From NCBI GenBank assembly GCA_964372875.1, contig CAYJTB010000004.1:4343-68342 (forward strand): a stretch of DNA of 64,000 nucleotides, given 5' to 3'. Source of the DNA: an uncultured bacterium. Its GTDB lineage: Bacteria; Omnitrophota; Omnitrophia; Omnitrophales; JACQLI01. Position 1 is the first letter of the stretch. Each line of letters opens with the position of its first letter. Made by a program: the position numbers and the translations under genes. This document shows, in pieces, positions 1 to 8,884 of the stretch. The notes under the pieces were generated by a model. It did not search any database, was not told the origin of the DNA, and was given only the letters and a program-made list of their open reading frames with translations.

Positions 1-1149
1 CTGCACTCCCACCCCGAACTTTCTCTGCAGGAAGAAAAAACTTCTTTGCGAATGGCCGAAGAATTTGAAAAGCTCGGTCTGCCAGTCACTCGCAAAGTTG
101 GAGGCCACGGGGTCGTCGCTGTTTTTGAAAATGGAGGGGGACCCAAAGTGCTTTTGCGCGCAGATATGGACGCACTCCCGGTGACAGAGGCGACGGGACT
201 TCCTTATGCCAGTCAGGAAAAAAATGCGATGCATGCCTGCGGCCATGATGTCCATATGACTTGTCTGATAGGGGCGGCGCATAGGTTAAAAGAGAGGAAA
301 GATCAGTGGAAGGGCACGGTTATTTTTATCGCTCAACCTGCGGAAGAAAAAGGCCACGGAGCTTCCGCGATGATTAACGACGGTCTTTTTACGCGCTTCC
401 CCAAACCTGATTTTGCACTCGCTTTGCATGTGGATTCCCAGCTTGCCACAGGAAAAATCGGTTACCGTTCCGGCCCCGCCTTTGCCAATGTGGATTCAGT
501 GGATATCACGGTTTATGGGCGCGGCGGTCACGGCGCTTATCCTCATTTGACAGTAGACCCCGTTGTGACCGCGTCCGAAATTGTTTTGGCTCTTCAAACG
601 ATCATAAGCCGCGAGATCAAGCCTTACGAAACAGCCGTGATCACGGTCGGTTCCATTCACGGCGGCACCAAACACAATATTATTCCTAATGAAGTGAAGT
701 TGGAACTTACGGTTCGCTCTTATTCAGACGAAGTGCGAAACCAGATCCTTGCTGCGGTCGAAAGGATAACTTCCCAAATAGCCAAGGCCCACCTTGCGCC
801 GCGGGCTCCGGAGGTCCGGGTGGTGGAATCCATCCCTTCTACCTGCAATGATCCGGTTTTAACAGAAAGAATCGCGAGTGTGTTTCAGAAAAATTTTGGG
901 AAAGAAAATGTGATTGAAAAAGACCCTGAAATGGGGGGAGAAGATTTTGGACTTTTTGGCCGCCAAGGGTTCCCCTCCTTTATGTTTCGTCTGGGCTCCG
1001 TATCTCGCCAAGAGATCGAAGAAAGCAAAAAGCCGGGCGCCAAATCTCTTCCCTCCCTTCACTCTTCAGAGTATGCACCTGACGCCGTGCCCGCCATTTC
1101 CTTTGGTGTTGGGGCCATGGTGACTGCGGCCCTCGAACTTCTGAAATGA
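1..1149 (+). CDS. M20D-family amidohydrolase (hippurate hydrolase / N-acyl-amino acid amidohydrolase-like). The 5' end is truncated by the window edge.
   Basis: The reading frame is open from base 1 (LHSHPELSLQEEKTSLRMAEEF...). HACGHD and GQPAEE metal-binding motifs typical of M20 aminoacylases are present. Length is about 380 aa. Confidence 0.8.
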   Translation: MHSHPELSLQEEKTSLRMAEEFEKLGLPVTRKVGGHGVVAVFENGGGPKVLLRADMDALPVTEATGLPYASQEKNAMHACGHDVHMTCLIGAAHRLKERKDQWKGTVIFIAQPAEEKGHGASAMINDGLFTRFPKPDFALALHVDSQLATGKIGYRSGPAFANVDSVDITVYGRGGHGAYPHLTVDPVVTASEIVLALQTIISREIKPYETAVITVGSIHGGTKHNIIPNEVKLELTVRSYSDEVRNQILAAVERITSQIAKAHLAPRAPEVRVVESIPSTCNDPVLTERIASVFQKNFGKENVIEKDPEMGGEDFGLFGRQGFPSFMFRLGSVSRQEIEESKKPGAKSLPSLHSSEYAPDAVPAISFGVGAMVTAALELLK

Positions 1150-2270
1150 AAACTTACGACACAATCGTCATTGGGGCCGGAATCGCCGGGCTTTCTATTG
1201 CGAGAGAACTCGCGAAGCGCAAAGAACGTGTCCTTCTACTTGAGCGCGAAGCAAAAGGCGGGGCCGCTTCACGGGCAGCCGCGGGGATTATCGATCCTTA
1301 CACCGAGGCTCAAGAAGAAACCCCTATGTTTCGATTGGCACAGAAAGCCTTTGAATTTTATCCCTCCTTTTTGGATGAATTAGGCCCCAAGACTCAGGAC
1401 GAAGTGGAATTTAAGAAACCCGGCGTCCTTTATTTGATTTTTTCTAAAGAGGATGAAACTTTTCTACAGAACCGGTTTAAGTGGCAGGAAAAACAGGGTT
1501 TGCCCGTGGAATCACTTTCAGCCGGCGCCGTCCAAAAATTGGAGCCCGTTGTTTCAAAAAAAGCGAAAGGGGGAATTTTCTTTCCTGAAATCCAAAAACT
1601 GAACGCCGGCAAATTGACCGAGACTCTTTATAAGGCCGCCGGGTCACAAGGCGTGGAAATTCAAACCTCTGTCAAAGATATTTCTATTTGGACGGAGCAG
1701 AACAAATTAAAAGGAGTAAAGACTCCGAGTGGTCCCGCCCGGGCCAAAGCGGTTGTCATTGCTGCAGGGTCTTGGTCGGGGCTTGATTCTAAATTGGGAA
1801 TCGAAATCAAAATAAATCCCGTGCGCGGACAAATTTTGATCCTTCGCTGCCCCTCTTCGCTTTACCCTCAGCACATCCTTCATACCACACGCTATGCCTA
1901 CATTGTTCCCTGGCCCCAAAACCGCCTTCTTGTGGGTTCCACTTTGGAATCTGCGGGGTACGAAAATCGAGTTACTCCGGAAGGCAAAAAGGATATTTTG
2001 ACCCGGGCCAGCGAAATCATCGAAGAGATTCCTTCGTTTTCCATCGAAAAAGAATGGGCAGGCCTCCGGCCGCGTTCGGAGCGAGACCTTCCTTTCATCG
2101 GACCCACTAGAACCCCTGGACTTTTTTGCGCGGTGGGTTATTATCGAGCGGGAATTCTTATTGGCCCGTTCGTAGGAAAGCTTATGGCCGAAGGGATTCA
2201 TTCAGGTGAATTTTCACCTTTGCTTGAGCCGTTTTTACCGGAAGTGGAGATAAAAAATGAAACGATTTAA
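1146..2270 (+). CDS. FAD-dependent oxidoreductase of the glycine oxidase / D-amino-acid oxidase family (ThiO-like).
   Basis: N-terminal GxGxxG dinucleotide fold (TIVIGAGIAGLSIARELAKR) and AAAGII motif. It overlaps the upstream gene by ATGA. Confidence 0.7.
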   Translation: MKTYDTIVIGAGIAGLSIARELAKRKERVLLLEREAKGGAASRAAAGIIDPYTEAQEETPMFRLAQKAFEFYPSFLDELGPKTQDEVEFKKPGVLYLIFSKEDETFLQNRFKWQEKQGLPVESLSAGAVQKLEPVVSKKAKGGIFFPEIQKLNAGKLTETLYKAAGSQGVEIQTSVKDISIWTEQNKLKGVKTPSGPARAKAVVIAAGSWSGLDSKLGIEIKINPVRGQILILRCPSSLYPQHILHTTRYAYIVPWPQNRLLVGSTLESAGYENRVTPEGKKDILTRASEIIEEIPSFSIEKEWAGLRPRSERDLPFIGPTRTPGLFCAVGYYRAGILIGPFVGKLMAEGIHSGEFSPLLEPFLPEVEIKNETI

Positions 2271-2610
2271 ATCCTTAGTTTTTGTTGCGATTTTTACTTT
2301 AATGATGCCCCACCCTTTTTTTGGCCAAGTCGCGCAGGTGAAAAAACAAGAACCCTTCAGGGCCCGGGGAGCCGTCACCCAAGTGGACCCCGCCGCCAAA
2401 ACTTTTTTTCTGAAAAATGAGGGCGGACTGGAGCTTACCTATTTTGTGGATGATTCCACCGACTTTGAAGGGTCTGAATTTTTAAATCTCGAGACCGGCA
2501 GTAACGTGGAAGTCACTTACCGCTACAACGAAAACTACGAAAAAATCGCGCTCACGGTTCAAGACATCCCCGAACAAGCCAAACCGGCTTCCGGCAAGTC
2601 TCCCGCTTAA
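2257..2610 (+). CDS. Hypothetical small secreted protein.
   Basis: N-terminal signal-peptide-like hydrophobic segment. I recognise no family. Confidence 0.4.
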   Translation: MKRFKSLVFVAIFTLMMPHPFFGQVAQVKKQEPFRARGAVTQVDPAAKTFFLKNEGGLELTYFVDDSTDFEGSEFLNLETGSNVEVTYRYNENYEKIALTVQDIPEQAKPASGKSPA

Positions 2611-3368
2611 AGTTTATCCCGGAAAAATTTCGACACTTCCCACTGGATCAGGGGAACTAGGGCTAAAGAGGTGTAGTGGCCCAGCGGAAGAAACCGCGTT
2701 TTGGGTTTTCCGAGCGCTTCCCGGAAAGCCAGTCCGTAACGAAACCGGACCACGCGGTCAAAAATCCCAAGCAAGAGAAAAACATTTTCTTTGGAAAGCG
2801 AGAGAGCGGAGCGCAAGGGATCCAGAGTGATTACCTTTTCTAAATTTTTCGCGAGATCCTTTTCCAGAATCCCGGTGCCTTGAACCATGGATTTGATGTA
2901 ACTCCGCATCAGAGGATCCCGGGAACTCACCAGGATCTGAGGAAGATTTCCTCCGGCGAGCGCAAAGACATTGGCCTTAAGCCGGGCATCTTTTCCCGCC
3001 CAAAGAGAATTAACGATCGCGCCAAAGCTCATCCCAAAACTCCCTACCCGCTTGGGATCGATCTCTTTTTTTGTGAGGATGAAGTCGAGGACCTTTTTAT
3101 TCCGTTCAATGGATTCCTCAAGATAGGTTTGGATTTGCTCGAGGCCTTGGTCAGGTACAAATTCGAAAATAGGACGGTCGATAAGAGCGCAGGCGAATCC
3201 TTCGGATGCAAAAAATTGGGCGAACCATCTTTCGAAGAAAAGATCTTTCATGAAAACGAGGCGTCCCAAAATCGGTGTCAGGCAAATGAGGGGGAGGGGC
3301 CCGGGACGCTGGGGCAAAAAAAGTTCAAAAGGATAGGGTTCCTTAAATTTTGTTTTCTGAATCGCCAC
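2607..3368 (-). CDS. Alpha/beta-hydrolase fold protein.
   Basis: A GxSxG nucleophile elbow (GMSFG) and overall alpha/beta hydrolase-like composition. It converges on and overlaps the upstream plus-strand gene. Confidence 0.45.
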   Translation of the reverse strand: MAIQKTKFKEPYPFELFLPQRPGPLPLICLTPILGRLVFMKDLFFERWFAQFFASEGFACALIDRPIFEFVPDQGLEQIQTYLEESIERNKKVLDFILTKKEIDPKRVGSFGMSFGAIVNSLWAGKDARLKANVFALAGGNLPQILVSSRDPLMRSYIKSMVQGTGILEKDLAKNLEKVITLDPLRSALSLSKENVFLLLGIFDRVVRFRYGLAFREALGKPKTRFLPLGHYTSLALVPLIQWEVSKFFRDKL

Positions 3369-3406
3369 GATCTTGATATCCTATTACCCATCATGAGGGT
3401 TGGGCA

Positions 3407-3817
3407 ATGAAACTTTTAAATCTTTTGGCTCTTTTATCAAGCGGGCTGGGCCTTTGGATCGCGGCTTATTTTACGGCGGTCTCTTACCGGTGGGCGAAGC
3501 CTGACGCCAAATGGATTCCTTATTTTTGCCGGCTCAAGGAATCCACCTGCCAACAAGTTATTCATACGCCGCGGGCCAAGCTCTTGGGGATTCCCAATTC
3601 TGTATATGGAATCTTCCTTTATAGTTACCTGATTCTTTATTCTGTAGGGGTCCCCCTTCCGTGGTGGATCGCCTTGGTCGGTACCGGGCTGGCCGCGCTG
3701 CGATCCGTTTATTTGGCCTACAGTCTTCTTTTTATCACCCGGATCGCATGTCCCCTTTGTTTTACTACTCATTTGATTAATATTTTTTTCTTTATTTATC
3801 TTTGGATGAGCCGTTAA
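3407..3817 (+). CDS. VKOR (vitamin K epoxide reductase)-like membrane thiol oxidoreductase.
   Basis: A four-TM small protein with loop cysteines and a CPLC (CxxC) motif at the start of the last helix. Confidence 0.5.
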   Translation: MKLLNLLALLSSGLGLWIAAYFTAVSYRWAKPDAKWIPYFCRLKESTCQQVIHTPRAKLLGIPNSVYGIFLYSYLILYSVGVPLPWWIALVGTGLAALRSVYLAYSLLFITRIACPLCFTTHLINIFFFIYLWMSR

Positions 3818-3836
3818 TATAATGCCCTAAAAAAAA

Positions 3837-6086
3837 TTGATGACAGACATAGCAATCACAGCACAGTTTTCAAGAGGTGAAGTTATCGCGCTATGGTCGG
3901 TTCTTGGGACCGCGGTAGCGGGTCTGATTTATGCTGGATTACTCATGGGGCAGGTGCTTCGCGAAAGCTGCGGCACTCCCGAGATGCAGAAGATCAGCGC
4001 CGCCATCCGGCTGGGGGCCAATGCCTACCTCAACCGTCAGTTTCGCGCCATAACCTTTCTCATCCTTCTTCTTACCGCGGCACTTTATTTTACCGTCGGT
4101 GAAAAATATATTGCGATCGGCCGCGCCTGTGCGTTTTTGATGGGCTCGATTTTTTCCGCGACCGTAGGATTTGTGGGAATGAATCTTGCGGTCAGAGGCA
4201 ATGTCCGTGTCGCTGCAGCCGCCAACCGGGGAAGTTTTAGCCAAGCCCTTAAAATTGCTTACCGTACGGGTACCATTACAGGAATGTTAACCGATGGCCT
4301 GGGTCTTTTCGGCGGCACGGTTATTTTTATGATTTACGGTGAAAGGGCCTATGAAATACTCCTCGGGTTTGGTTTCGGCGGAACCTTGATAGCCCTTTTT
4401 ATGAGGGTAGGAGGGGGCATTTACACCAAGGCCGCGGACGTGGGCGCAGACCTTGTCGGCAAGATTGAAAAAAATATCCCTGAGGACGACCCCAGAAATG
4501 CGGCAACCATTGCTGACAATGTGGGAGACAATGTAGGTGATTGCGCCGGAATGGCCGCTGATATCTTCGAATCCTACGAAGTAACGATTGTCTCCGCCAT
4601 GATTTTGGGTTGGGCCTCTTACGGACATAAGGGCGTTATTTTTCCCTTGCTGGTTCGTGCGATCGGTGTGATTAGTTCTATCATCGGGACCTATGCTGTT
4701 CGGACATCTGAGGAAGTCCGTAATGCCATGAAGGCCATCAATCTTGGATTTATTTTGTCGGCCTTAGTTTCCATTGTCGGTTTTATTATTGTCGGTTTCT
4801 TTTATCTGCGTTTCCCGGAATCAGGGGCCCTTCCTTTTTGGCACAGCTTTGGAATTCCCGGTCTTGACCTGCGGCCGGTTTGGACTACCCTCATAGGAAT
4901 TGCACTGGCAGTGGTGATTAATCGTTTGACGGAATACTACACCGATACAGCAAAGCCTCCTGTCCAGTCCATCGCGGAGTCCTGCCAAACAGGCCACGCC
5001 ACCACCATCATTACAGGGTTTGCCGTAGGTCTTGAAAGCTCGGTCTGGGCCGTGGTCGTGATTTCAGTCTCCATTCTTTTATCAGCTTTTGTTTATCACG
5101 GAACCAACCCTACTTTTATCGCCTATGGCGTGGCGATGTCAGGAATCGGACTCCTCACACTGACCGGCAATAATATTTCCATGGACGTTTTTGGCCCGGT
5201 CGCTGACAACGCCAATGGAATCGGGGAGATGGCCCATCTGCCCAAAGCGGCGAGACAAATCCTGGCGGATCTTGACGCCGTTGGAAATACGACCAAAGCC
5301 ATCACCAAAGGAGTTGCGATCGCCTCCGCTGTGGTAGCCGCCATTTCACTTTTTAATGCCTACATTACCGACATCGGCACGCTTACCCAACAAACCTATG
5401 ATCAAGTCGCATCGCTCCTTTCTATTTCTACGCACACGGTTTTTGTGGGACTTTTGATCGGAGGAGCCATTCCCTTTTTATTCAGTTCTCTTATGGTAAA
5501 AGCCGTGGGCAGAGCCGCCTTTTTAATTGTTAAAGAAGTGAGAGAACAGCTGCAGGATCCCGAAATTTGGGAAGGAAAAAAACTTCCGGATTATGCGCGC
5601 GTGGTTTCTATCTGCACCACGGCCGCACAAAAAGAATTGATCCGTCCGGGTTTATTGGCGATTCTTGCGCCTCTTCTGATCGGGCTGCTTTTGAAAAAAG
5701 AAGCGCTCGGAGGCTTCTTAGCGGGAATGATTCTCTCAGGCCAGCTTCTGGCCGTTTTTATGGCCAATGCGGGCGGTGCTTGGGATAACGCTAAAAAATT
5801 TATCGAAGACGGAAATTTTGGCGGAAAAGGCTCGGAGGCTCACAAGGCCTCAGTCACCGGCGACACGGTAGGCGATCCTTTAAAAGACACGGCCGGCCCG
5901 GCCTTGAATCCTTTGATCAAGGTGATGAATATGGTCGCACTCCTTTCCATCCCCATTGTGGTGCGTTATGAAAATTCGCCGGTCGCTTTTTGGATATCTG
6001 CCGTCATCGGAATCTTTTTGATTGTCATTCTTGTCCGCAGTCCCAAGCCGAGCAAAGAAGAACTCGCCATTATTCAGAAGGCATAA
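3837..6086 (+). CDS. hppA: Membrane-bound proton-translocating inorganic pyrophosphatase (V-type H+-PPase).
   Basis: [25 protein letters not shown] signature, DxxxxDxxxD motifs and about 16 TM helices. The GNTTKA motif (Lys rather than Ala) indicates the K+-independent subtype. Confidence 0.92.
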   Translation: MMTDIAITAQFSRGEVIALWSVLGTAVAGLIYAGLLMGQVLRESCGTPEMQKISAAIRLGANAYLNRQFRAITFLILLLTAALYFTVGEKYIAIGRACAFLMGSIFSATVGFVGMNLAVRGNVRVAAAANRGSFSQALKIAYRTGTITGMLTDGLGLFGGTVIFMIYGERAYEILLGFGFGGTLIALFMRVGGGIYTKAADVGADLVGKIEKNIPEDDPRNAATIADNVGDNVGDCAGMAADIFESYEVTIVSAMILGWASYGHKGVIFPLLVRAIGVISSIIGTYAVRTSEEVRNAMKAINLGFILSALVSIVGFIIVGFFYLRFPESGALPFWHSFGIPGLDLRPVWTTLIGIALAVVINRLTEYYTDTAKPPVQSIAESCQTGHATTIITGFAVGLESSVWAVVVISVSILLSAFVYHGTNPTFIAYGVAMSGIGLLTLTGNNISMDVFGPVADNANGIGEMAHLPKAARQILADLDAVGNTTKAITKGVAIASAVVAAISLFNAYITDIGTLTQQTYDQVASLLSISTHTVFVGLLIGGAIPFLFSSLMVKAVGRAAFLIVKEVREQLQDPEIWEGKKLPDYARVVSICTTAAQKELIRPGLLAILAPLLIGLLLKKEALGGFLAGMILSGQLLAVFMANAGGAWDNAKKFIEDGNFGGKGSEAHKASVTGDTVGDPLKDTAGPALNPLIKVMNMVALLSIPIVVRYENSPVAFWISAVIGIFLIVILVRSPKPSKEELAIIQKA

Positions 6087-6099
6087 AAACTCGTCTTTG

Positions 6100-6187
6100 G
6101 TCATCCTGAGCAGGGCGACACGTCTTCGAGTGCGGCAAAGCCGCGAGGATCTGGGATCTTTCAGCCGCTTCGTGTCTTCAGGATGAC
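6100..6187. repeat. Palindromic repeat element, copy A, with termini GTCATCCTGAGC...TCAGGATGAC, immediately downstream of hppA.
   Basis: A 10-bp terminal inverted repeat forms a long hairpin. It shares internal blocks (CAAAGsCsGCGArGAwTCT and GATCTTTCAGCC) with copy B at 19368-19434. Confidence 0.6.
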
Positions 6188-6195
6188 TCCTTGCG

Positions 6196-6984
6196 TCAGA
6201 TTGCTACAAGCTTCTTTGGAGTATTACTACGCAATGACAATTTTTTTCTTCGGACCAGCCGGTTGCGAAGGGCGGTTTCAATCATCTGCGGAAGTTTTTC
6301 AGGCTTCACATCATAGAGAAGTGAACCGCGGTCTGCCAAAGATACCTTTCCGGTTTCTTCGGAGATAATGATCGTAAGGGCATCGGTCGACTCTGAAAGC
6401 CCAAGGCCCGCGCGGTGGCGTGTGCCGAGCTCCGTAGGAAGATCAAGCCGCTTAGAGAGCGGAAAGACAGCCCCTGCAGCCGCGATCAAATCCCTTTGAA
6501 TGATTATCCCGCCGTCATGGAGTGCGCCCGGGGGAGTAAAAACGGAAAAAATCGTTTCCTTCCGGATCTTGGCTTGCAAAGGAGTCGCTGCTTTAATCCA
6601 TGATTCCAGGGGGTCTTTTCTCTCGATCGCAATCAACCCGCCTTGCTTGGCCTCGGAGAGCATGCGGCAGACCTGGACAATTTCAAAAAGCGGTCCTTTA
6701 CCATTTTGGAGAAGGGAAAGGGATCTTTTATCCCGCCCTCTATTTTCCAAAAAAAGAGAAAGCGGCTTGCCGACGAGCCAAACAAAAAGACTTATCAACA
6801 CAGCGTTTTCCAAAACGCGCAGCCAAAGGGAGGTGGACCGCCAAATCCACGGGTGGACGGCGAGTGTAAAGACGAGAAATAAAAAGAGAACGAAAAATAG
6901 AAAGCGGTCTTCTAGTTTGTGAGACCGAAAAATCCGATAGGCGATCAGACCAAGGTTTAATAGAAAAAAAGAATAAAACATCAT
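6196..6984 (-). CDS. cdaA: Diadenylate cyclase (c-di-AMP synthase), membrane-anchored CdaA type.
   Basis: Three N-terminal TM helices followed by a DAC domain with DGGIII (DGA-type) and GTRHRAG (RHR) motifs. Confidence 0.85.
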   Translation of the reverse strand: MMFYSFFLLNLGLIAYRIFRSHKLEDRFLFFVLFLFLVFTLAVHPWIWRSTSLWLRVLENAVLISLFVWLVGKPLSLFLENRGRDKRSLSLLQNGKGPLFEIVQVCRMLSEAKQGGLIAIERKDPLESWIKAATPLQAKIRKETIFSVFTPPGALHDGGIIIQRDLIAAAGAVFPLSKRLDLPTELGTRHRAGLGLSESTDALTIIISEETGKVSLADRGSLLYDVKPEKLPQMIETALRNRLVRRKKLSLRSNTPKKLVAI

Positions 6985-7004
6985 AGGGCCACCCCGTCTT
7001 AAGA

Positions 7005-7829
7005 TTATCGTCTTAAAAGAAATAATCTTTTAACCCAAGCTGAAATCAGCAATACGGCGCCGAAGGCACACACAATCGTTGCACCTGTGGGGAGGTCAAA
7101 AAAGTAAGACAGGGCAATTCCGATAAAACTGGTGACAATCCCGACGCTCCAACCCCAAAGAAGTCTGAGAGATAGGCTGTCCGTAAAAAGGATGGCGATT
7201 ACCGCTGGAACGATAAGAAAGGAAAAGACGAGCAGCACCCCCGCAATTTGAACTGAGCTTGTCACCACCAGTCCAAAGGTAAGATAAAAGACAAGATCCC
7301 AGGTTTTTACCGAGACGCCTTGCCGAAAGGCCTTTTCAGGTTGGATTGAAATCAAAAAGAAATTCCTGCGAAAGCACCAATGAAGAATTCCAACGCCGGC
7401 GTAAAGTAGGGCCATCTTCACAATGTCGTGCGCACTTACTAGAAGAATATTTCCGATGAGCATAAAACGGATGTGCTCATCACCTTCCGCAGTGCGACTC
7501 AAAATGAGAATCGCTAGGCCGGCGGAAACCGCGTAAACAATTCCAATAATGGCTTCCAAAGGAATTTTTTCTTTACGTGTCCGGGCCAGCGAAAAGAGAA
7601 CAGCGCCCAGCACGGTAGTTGCCAAAGAAGGCCAGTAAGTGCCGGGGCCGTGAAGATTCCAGCCGAAGCAAACGGCAAAGGTTGCTCCCAGGGCCGCCAT
7701 CTGGGCCAGTGCAAGGTCGACGAAGATCACTTTCCTTTCAATGACGTGAAGGCCCAAATAACCATGAATCCCCGTCAAGACCACGCAGGCAAGTAAAGGC
7801 TTCCACATGAATAAAATAAAATCGCTCAT
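7005..7829 (-). CDS. Metal (Zn/Mn) ABC transporter permease, ABC-3 family (ZnuB/TroC-like).
   Basis: About eight TM helices with ABC-3 family architecture. It overlaps the upstream substrate-binding protein gene by 4 nt. Confidence 0.8.
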   Translation of the reverse strand: MSDFILFMWKPLLACVVLTGIHGYLGLHVIERKVIFVDLALAQMAALGATFAVCFGWNLHGPGTYWPSLATTVLGAVLFSLARTRKEKIPLEAIIGIVYAVSAGLAILILSRTAEGDEHIRFMLIGNILLVSAHDIVKMALLYAGVGILHWCFRRNFFLISIQPEKAFRQGVSVKTWDLVFYLTFGLVVTSSVQIAGVLLVFSFLIVPAVIAILFTDSLSLRLLWGWSVGIVTSFIGIALSYFFDLPTGATIVCAFGAVLLISAWVKRLFLLRR

Positions 7830-8752
7830 GATTTCCCCGTTTGTTCGATACTGCGGACATTGTATTCAATCATATTGAAATAATCAGAGGCCTCCTTGGA
7901 GTTTCCCACGGATTGGGCCAAAGCGAGAACGACAGCCCCGGTTTCCTCGCCCAACCGGCTGGGGGTTTTGTTTTCTTGATAGGATTCTTTAAAAATCAAC
8001 TTTACATTTTTTTCTTTCATGAGTTTAATCAGTTTTGAAAAATGTTTGGCCGTCGGTGGAATTCCGGGTTTAGGTTCAAGATGCCCCACGGTGACTAACC
8101 CAAATCGCTGGGTGAAATAGGGCCAGCTGTTATGATAAGTCACCACGGCTTTGCCCTGAAAAGGAGCCATGCTTTTAGACCACCCCTTCATTTTTTCGTC
8201 TATTTTACGGTCAAACTCATCCGCATTTTTCTGGAAAGAATCGGCATCTTCAGGAAAAATTCTCGCCAGTCCTTCAGCCATATTACGCGCGATGATTTTT
8301 CCGTTGAGTGGATCCAACCAGTAATGGGGATTACCAAAGGCATGGATATCACCTTGGGCCCTTGACAGGCTCGTTGGGATTTCCAATAAAGAAACTCCTT
8401 TGGAGACGTCAATGGCATGGTCCCCCGTTGCCATCAAATCAAGTCGCCCCGCGGCATCCAACAAAGGATTTCGCCAAACCTCTAAATCAAGACCTGCGTG
8501 AACGAACACATCGGATTTCTTGAGTTTGACCACATCTTTAGGAATGGGTGAGACGAAGTGAATGTTCCGTTTAGGTGAGGCGATGGAATAAATCTCTGCT
8601 TTTCCGCCCGCGATATCCTTAGCGATGCTGGCGAAGGTGCTTGTGGTCGTTACAATTTTGATTTTCTCAGTTGCGGCTCCAAGTTCACTTTGGCAAAATA
8701 AAACCGCCGTGACCAGCCCTAAAAATAAAAATGTTTTTTTCATGGAAGTCAT
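7826..8752 (-). CDS. Metal (Zn/Mn) ABC transporter substrate-binding protein, cluster A-I (ZnuA/TroA-like).
   Basis: Signal peptide, TroA-like fold composition and conserved His/Asp/Glu metal ligands. No cognate ATPase gene is adjacent. Confidence 0.8.
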   Translation of the reverse strand: MTSMKKTFLFLGLVTAVLFCQSELGAATEKIKIVTTTSTFASIAKDIAGGKAEIYSIASPKRNIHFVSPIPKDVVKLKKSDVFVHAGLDLEVWRNPLLDAAGRLDLMATGDHAIDVSKGVSLLEIPTSLSRAQGDIHAFGNPHYWLDPLNGKIIARNMAEGLARIFPEDADSFQKNADEFDRKIDEKMKGWSKSMAPFQGKAVVTYHNSWPYFTQRFGLVTVGHLEPKPGIPPTAKHFSKLIKLMKEKNVKLIFKESYQENKTPSRLGEETGAVVLALAQSVGNSKEASDYFNMIEYNVRSIEQTGKS

Positions 8753-8768
8753 CTCCTTTAAAAAATTA

Positions 8769-8879
8769 TAGGGCTATGCACTTGACTCAACCATCCCCAA
8801 TATATGGTGGCGTTGATGCCGATTTCACTTCACGGATACACAACATATAGACCGAGCTTGAGTGAAGTGCATAGGCCTA
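8769..8879. promoter_or_regulatory. A 22-bp inverted repeat (TAGGGCTATGCACTTGACTCAA ... CTTGAGTGAAGTGCATAGGCCTA) with a roughly 66-bp spacer, in the intergenic region upstream of the metal-binding protein gene.
   Basis: The two arms match at 20 of 22 positions when one is reverse-complemented. It lies between the minus-strand exported-protein gene (3' end) and znuA-like gene (5' end). Confidence 0.4.
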
Positions 8880-8884
8880 AAAAA

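Noticed and set aside
3893-5788. Several 60-113-aa six-frame ORFs inside or antisense to hppA (3893..4102, 3939..4244, 4287..4628, 5123..5344, 5567..5788).
   Set aside because: They are fully embedded in a high-confidence conserved CDS, have low-complexity translations, and lack RBS or start context. They are spurious.
6415-6922. Plus-strand ORFs (62-140 aa) antisense to cdaA.
   Set aside because: They overlap the conserved DAC domain on the opposite strand, and their translations are basic and low-complexity. They are spurious.
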